19,295 nucleotides of DNA from Nanopusillaceae archaeon (GTDB lineage: Archaea; Nanobdellota; Nanobdellia; Nanobdellales; Nanobdellaceae): contig JAVYNJ010000012.1 in NCBI GenBank assembly GCA_038735675.1, positions 1 through 19,295 on the forward strand, in the 5' to 3' direction. The notes under the pieces were generated by a model. That model saw only the letters and a list, made by a program, of their open reading frames with translations, ran no database searches and was not told where the DNA came from. Position numbers and translations under genes: made by a program. Below, one piece after another: positions 15,285-19,295 of this stretch. Position 1 is the first letter of the stretch, and every line of letters begins with the position of its first letter.

Positions 15285-15847
15285 ATGGTATATCCTTTTT
15301 CTTTTAATCTTTTATAACTTTCCCTTAAAATTTTTCTAAATATGTTTCTTTTATTTAAATTACCCAATTTAAGCGCTGCTTTTCTTAAACTTCCTTCTTC
15401 TATCAGTATTTTTAATAAATCTCTTTGCTTTTGTGTCAAGCTTTGATCTTTTTCCAAAACAAGTTTTGCAAGTTCTATTAGATCAATTTTCTTTCCATCC
15501 CAAGCAAAGTCTTCAGAAGAAATATCTTTTCTAAATATTTCAACAGGCTCAAATCTAATTATAAAAACTTCTTTATTTTCATTTATTGATGGATAATATT
15601 TTTTTAATTCTCTTACCAACTTATCTTTAGATTCAAAGCCATCTAAATTTACCTCTTCCTCAGTTATCTCCTTTATTTTTTTAGTATATATATCAATAAC
15701 TCTGAATTTTCCAATTACTTTTCCACCACAATGAGCTATAAAAATATCTCCTTTTCTTAGATTTGGTCTTGTTATACGTATTGTTATTCTTTTTTTACCA
15801 GATATTAAAGCATTTCTGTATATTCCAAGAAATTGTATATTTTTCAT
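15281..15847 (-). CDS. ASCH (PUA-like) domain protein fused to a C-terminal helix-turn-helix
   Basis: The N-terminal YRNALISGKKRITIRITRPNLRKGDIF...LDGFESKDKLVRELKKYYP fits the ASCH pattern (I-l-x-G-x-K-t-x-T-i-R...G-D...e-G-f-x-s-x-e-e-l-x-x-x-l-x-x-Y-Y). The C-terminal LTQKQRDLLKILIEEGSLRKAALKLGNLNKRNIFRKILRESYKRLKE looks like a LuxR/sigma-70 region 4-type HTH. Confidence 0.6.
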   Translation of the reverse strand: MKNIQFLGIYRNALISGKKRITIRITRPNLRKGDIFIAHCGGKVIGKFRVIDIYTKKIKEITEEEVNLDGFESKDKLVRELKKYYPSINENKEVFIIRFEPVEIFRKDISSEDFAWDGKKIDLIELAKLVLEKDQSLTQKQRDLLKILIEEGSLRKAALKLGNLNKRNIFRKILRESYKRLKEKGYTI

Positions 15848-15849
15848 TT

Positions 15850-16743
15850 TTATATAATCTTAATGTTATTTTTATAAAGCAAATATAACATTTTTTCTCT
15901 AGATATGTTAATATTTTTTAATATATTATCTAAATCTTCTAATTTAATTTCTTTATTTTTAGAATATTTTTTAATTTCATACCAAAATCTTTTAATTATG
16001 TCTCTTTTTCCCTGATTTTTTACTATAGCATCTTTTAAAGGAATTTCTAAATAATATGTTTCTAATAAAATTTTTATTAAAAGATTTATTCTGTCAGGAA
16101 CACCTAATATACTACCATCAAGTTCAATTCTTACATGAGGTAAATTTAAATCTTTAAACAAATATTCTGTTGCTTTATACCACTCTAATCCAACATCAAC
16201 TACTCCACCAATTATAAAAAGATCATAAAATCTTAGCAGATCCTCATTTAAGATTAAATCTCCGTTTGGATCTAATATGGCTGCTTTATATCTTTCTAAT
16301 GAAATATTTTCAATATTTTTAAACAAACGAACCATATTATTTCCCAAAAAATCTAAATTCAAATTTCCAACAATAATAAGATTTGTATCAAATAAAAAAT
16401 CTCTTATTGTTGATAAAGAATGTTGCAATTGAGTTATTAAACTTTTTTTACCTTTTCTTGAATGCAAATTAAATAAAGATAAATCTATTAAAAATTTCTT
16501 TTCATTATCTAGCTTACTTAAAATTAAATTTTTATCTAAATTTATTTCATTACTTGCTCTACTATTTAAATTTACCGAAATAATATTTTTATATATCTCC
16601 ATTCCCTCATCTAAATATATTTGCTCTTTATTTAATAACCAAGAAACTAAAATCCTTTGGGCAGTATTTTTTTTATATTTTTTACGGAATTTTCTAATTG
16701 TTAAGTAATTTTGATACTCTGAAAATATTTTTTCTAATATCAT
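15850..16743 (-). CDS. trm10: Probable archaeal Trm10-family SPOUT tRNA (purine-9 N1)-methyltransferase
   Basis: ILDPNGDLILNEDLLRFYDLFIIGGVVDVG, VRIELDGSILGVPDRINLLIKILLE and VKNQGKRD parallel conserved Trm10 blocks: l-D-p/S-x-g/a-d...y-v-I-G-G-l-V-D, the v-n-x-v-f-e-I-l helix, and the terminal P-x-R-K-G-like block. 297 aa matches crenarchaeal Trm10 in size. Confidence 0.55.
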   Translation of the reverse strand: MILEKIFSEYQNYLTIRKFRKKYKKNTAQRILVSWLLNKEQIYLDEGMEIYKNIISVNLNSRASNEINLDKNLILSKLDNEKKFLIDLSLFNLHSRKGKKSLITQLQHSLSTIRDFLFDTNLIIVGNLNLDFLGNNMVRLFKNIENISLERYKAAILDPNGDLILNEDLLRFYDLFIIGGVVDVGLEWYKATEYLFKDLNLPHVRIELDGSILGVPDRINLLIKILLETYYLEIPLKDAIVKNQGKRDIIKRFWYEIKKYSKNKEIKLEDLDNILKNINISREKMLYLLYKNNIKII

Positions 16744-16827
16744 AACTTTGTAAAATATTTTTTACATAATTAATATCTTAAATACCGGAATGATTAAATT
16801 TAAAAAAAATTTTAAAAAATATTTTTA

Positions 16828-17268
16828 ATGGTAAGAAAAATAATACTGTTAATTCTTTTGATTGCAGTTATTGCTGGATTCGTATTTTTCTCAGGAAAAA
16901 AGACAGAAAAAATTGAAGATCAAATAAAAATAACTGAAAATCAATTAAAGACTATTGAAGTTGGAAAAAATAGTTTTACTATAAGTTTTCCAACAGATTA
17001 CATTGAATTGAAAATAGGAGAAGAATATATACTACCTATTAAAGTAGATATTCTAGGAAAAACTTCGGCAAAAGTTTTAGTTGGTATTGCTCCAGCTGGT
17101 ATAGAAGTTTTAACTAATGGTACTACTCTACAGGAATCTGGAGTTATTGAAGTTAAATTTAAAATAAGTAAATATGCTCAATTAGGATTAAATAAAATTT
17201 TAATGATATTAAAGGATGATTTTGGAAATGAAAAGGAATTTTGGATAACTATAAATATTTTATCTTAA
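16828..17268 (+). CDS. Small N-terminally anchored (possibly pilin-like) beta-rich surface protein
   Basis: 146 aa. MVRKIILLILLIAVIAGFVFFSG is a single N-terminal hydrophobic helix. About 115 aa follow with alternating beta-strand-like patterns (FTISFPTDYIELKIGEEYILPIKVDI..., VIEVKFKIS..., EFWITINI). Confidence 0.55.
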   Translation: MVRKIILLILLIAVIAGFVFFSGKKTEKIEDQIKITENQLKTIEVGKNSFTISFPTDYIELKIGEEYILPIKVDILGKTSAKVLVGIAPAGIEVLTNGTTLQESGVIEVKFKISKYAQLGLNKILMILKDDFGNEKEFWITINILS

Positions 17269-17289
17269 TTTTTTAAATTATTAAATCTT

Positions 17290-18177
17290 ATGGAACCAAA
17301 AATTTATATAAAAATACTAAAATTTTCTGAAGATGCTCCAAAAATAATTGCTATTTCTTCTAAAATTACTCTTTCCAAAAAATCCTTAGATAATATAATC
17401 GATATCTCTGAAAATGAAATAGAAAATTGGATTAATGAAACTTATAAAAGATTTCATTTTAGCCCATGGGAACATGTATCGTACACATTTATAATTGATG
17501 GCCTCAGTAGAATTGCTTCTCATCAATTAGTAAGACATAGAATTGCTAGTTATACACAAATGAGTCACAGACATACAGAAGGTTTTTTAAGAAAATTAGT
17601 TGAAGAGGCTTCAAAAACAATTAATATAAGCTGTGAAAATTCAAAAAATAGATACGAATGTTATTCTACAGTAATAAATCGAGTAAAAGACTATTCTAAT
17701 AAATTTGAAATTGCTTCTATCGGTTTTGTTCCTCCAAGAATACCAAGAAAAGAGCTAGAGATTTGGGCCGAATCTGTATTAGAATCTACTTCAAAATATT
17801 ATTTGTTATTATCAAAAAATGTTCCTCTCGAAGAAGCTAGATATATTTTACCTGATAGTGTTAGAACTAGAATAATTGTAACAATGAATGCTAGAGAGCT
17901 TATACAGTCATTTTTACCACTAAGAATGTGTTCAAGAGCGCAATGGGAAATAAGATATATTTCATGGAAATTATGGGAAGAATTAATGAAAATTCATCCT
18001 CAAATATGGAAATATGCTGGGCCTTCTTGTATTTTAAGAGAGAACACTACTAAAGATGAACCAAAACCATTATTAGATTATCTAAATGGAAAAGAAAAAT
18101 TTACAATAGAAAGATGCCCAGAATTAGTTAAAAATATTGGAATTTCTCATTGCTTAAAAAATTCTATGAATTTTTAA
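17290..18177 (+). CDS. thyX: Flavin-dependent thymidylate synthase ThyX
   Basis: Exact ThyX signature R-H-R-x-x-S-x-x-x-x-S-x-R in LVRHRIASYTQMSHR. Downstream EEARYILPDSVRTRIIVTMNARELIQSF...CSRAQWEIR blocks are present. 295 aa, so it carries about 30-40 extra residues after the signature motif. Confidence 0.9.
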   Translation: MEPKIYIKILKFSEDAPKIIAISSKITLSKKSLDNIIDISENEIENWINETYKRFHFSPWEHVSYTFIIDGLSRIASHQLVRHRIASYTQMSHRHTEGFLRKLVEEASKTINISCENSKNRYECYSTVINRVKDYSNKFEIASIGFVPPRIPRKELEIWAESVLESTSKYYLLLSKNVPLEEARYILPDSVRTRIIVTMNARELIQSFLPLRMCSRAQWEIRYISWKLWEELMKIHPQIWKYAGPSCILRENTTKDEPKPLLDYLNGKEKFTIERCPELVKNIGISHCLKNSMNF

Positions 18178-18193
18178 ATAATAAATAACCCAT

Positions 18194-19295
18194 CTACTTG
18201 TTTTTATTTTCTATTCTTTTTTTTAAGAAAGGCATTTGATTATAAGCTTCATCCAATATTAAATTATACAATAGTGCTAATATACTCTCCTCTAAATTTT
18301 CCTCAAACAAAACATTATTAAGTGATAAGGCAAATAAATAAATTGCTTCTTTATAACCATCAACTATTTCATTTACCTTTTTTATAAATATTTTATTTTT
18401 ATAATTCAAATCCATCTCTTTTACATTATCAAGATGATCGTAAATTTTTATTTTTTCTTTTTTCTCTAAATTATCCGGATCTATTTCAATTAAATAAATT
18501 TTTGATTTGTTATATAATATCATTTTGTCAGTAGGATCGTTAATAGAAATCGAAGTATTTATAGATTCACTTCCAGCAATAATATAGTCTAAATTACTCT
18601 TTTTTAAAATTCCTTCTGTGAATAATAAATATTTAAAAATTTCTTTGTAGAATCTTGATTTTTCATTATATAAATCGAATAAAACTTTCTTTTTAATTGG
18701 TAGTTTATAAATTTCTTTAGTATTATATTCTAATTGATAAACATTTTCAATCGAGATGTTATTTTCGTAAGATATTTTTCTATCAAAAAAGCTTCCATGT
18801 TCCATTTCAATTATATGATCTAAAGAAAAGAATTTGAAATCTCTAATAAGTATATTTTCTAAATTTTCTAGATTTCCTTGCTTTAGGTATTTTTTTATTA
18901 ATTTTTTATTAAAAGCTAAAAGAGGTAAGGCTCCAGGAATATCAAGAATTTTTTTATGTCCAAAATCAATATATACTGCACTTGGCAAATTTGTATAATA
19001 CAAAATAATTTCTAATAATCGTTTTTTCATATCATCATCATTTATAGCTAAATTAAATTTTAAAATTTCTGGATTAATATGCTTTTTTTCTAATTCTTTT
19101 AAATTTTTATTGAGTGAATAAAAGCTGTAAAGCTCGTTAATAAGTTTTTTAATAAGAATTAAATCTAAGTCAAATTTATTTTTAATCCATTTAATTGCAT
19201 TAATTTTGTTCTTTCCCCCTAGAGAAATTATTTTTCCACGATGTTTTTCTAAAATTTCATAGTATTTATTTAATTCTAAAAAACCACTTATTAAA
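18194..19295 (-). CDS. Hypothetical protein, 5'-partial (the ORF stays open to the right window edge)
   Basis: The ORF track starts it at Met 19030. I translated the same frame from 19031 to 19294 by hand and found 88 further sense codons with no stop (...LISGFLELNKYYEILEKHRGKIISLGGKNKINAIKWIKNKF...LAINDDD-MKKRLL...). That is very unlikely by chance in DNA this AT-rich. No family recognised. Confidence 0.6.
   Translation of the reverse strand, partial: LISGFLELNKYYEILEKHRGKIISLGGKNKINAIKWIKNKFDLDLILIKKLINELYSFYSLNKNLKELEKKHINPEILKFNLAINDDDMKKRLLEIILYYTNLPSAVYIDFGHKKILDIPGALPLLAFNKKLIKKYLKQGNLENLENILIRDFKFFSLDHIIEMEHGSFFDRKISYENNISIENVYQLEYNTKEIYKLPIKKKVLFDLYNEKSRFYKEIFKYLLFTEGILKKSNLDYIIAGSESINTSISINDPTDKMILYNKSKIYLIEIDPDNLEKKEKIKIYDHLDNVKEMDLNYKNKIFIKKVNEIVDGYKEAIYLFALSLNNVLFEENLEESILALLYNLILDEAYNQMPFLKKRIENKNK

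Noticed and set aside
1-19295. Search for tRNA or split-tRNA halves, rRNA, CRISPR arrays, IS elements or integrases
   Set aside because: No GC-rich structured island of tRNA size, no regularly spaced direct repeats, and no transposase, integrase or Cas-like ORF was seen. Intergenic spacers are short and almost pure A/T.

Overview
Very AT-rich window (about 20-25% G+C by eye) that is almost wall-to-wall coding and uses the standard genetic code. Gene content is clearly archaeal: archaeal-type PheRS alpha and beta, Bud32/KEOPS kinase, archease, S13e-type uS15, a likely eS26, a likely Rpp30, a Trm10-type SPOUT methyltransferase, ThyX, and a canonical box C/D sRNA. Short or overlapping gene junctions and trimmed proteins suggest a streamlined genome. 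It may be DPANN- or Nanoarchaeota-like, but that rests only on composition and gene content and cannot be verified here. Most of the window is housekeeping: an eight-gene co-directional minus-strand block at 5454-11860, then serS, rps15, a RecJ/Cdc45-like DHH gene, a Trm10 plus ASCH-HTH pair, and thyX. The accessory-looking part is a set of family-less cell-surface genes at 136-5448 and 16828-17268: a Cys-rich anchored protein, two overlapping large proteins with prepilin-like N-termini, a small beta-rich anchored protein, and a lone SecD/F-family gene. Points the ORF track misses are the C/D sRNA at 49-106, a SerRS N-terminus that continues about 45 codons upstream of any in-frame start (an out-of-frame ATG sits at the predicted leaderless transcription start), and a final minus-strand ORF that stays open to the window edge. 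I saw no tRNA, rRNA, CRISPR array, transposase, integrase or reverse transcriptase. All functional calls come from motif recognition by eye, not from database searches.
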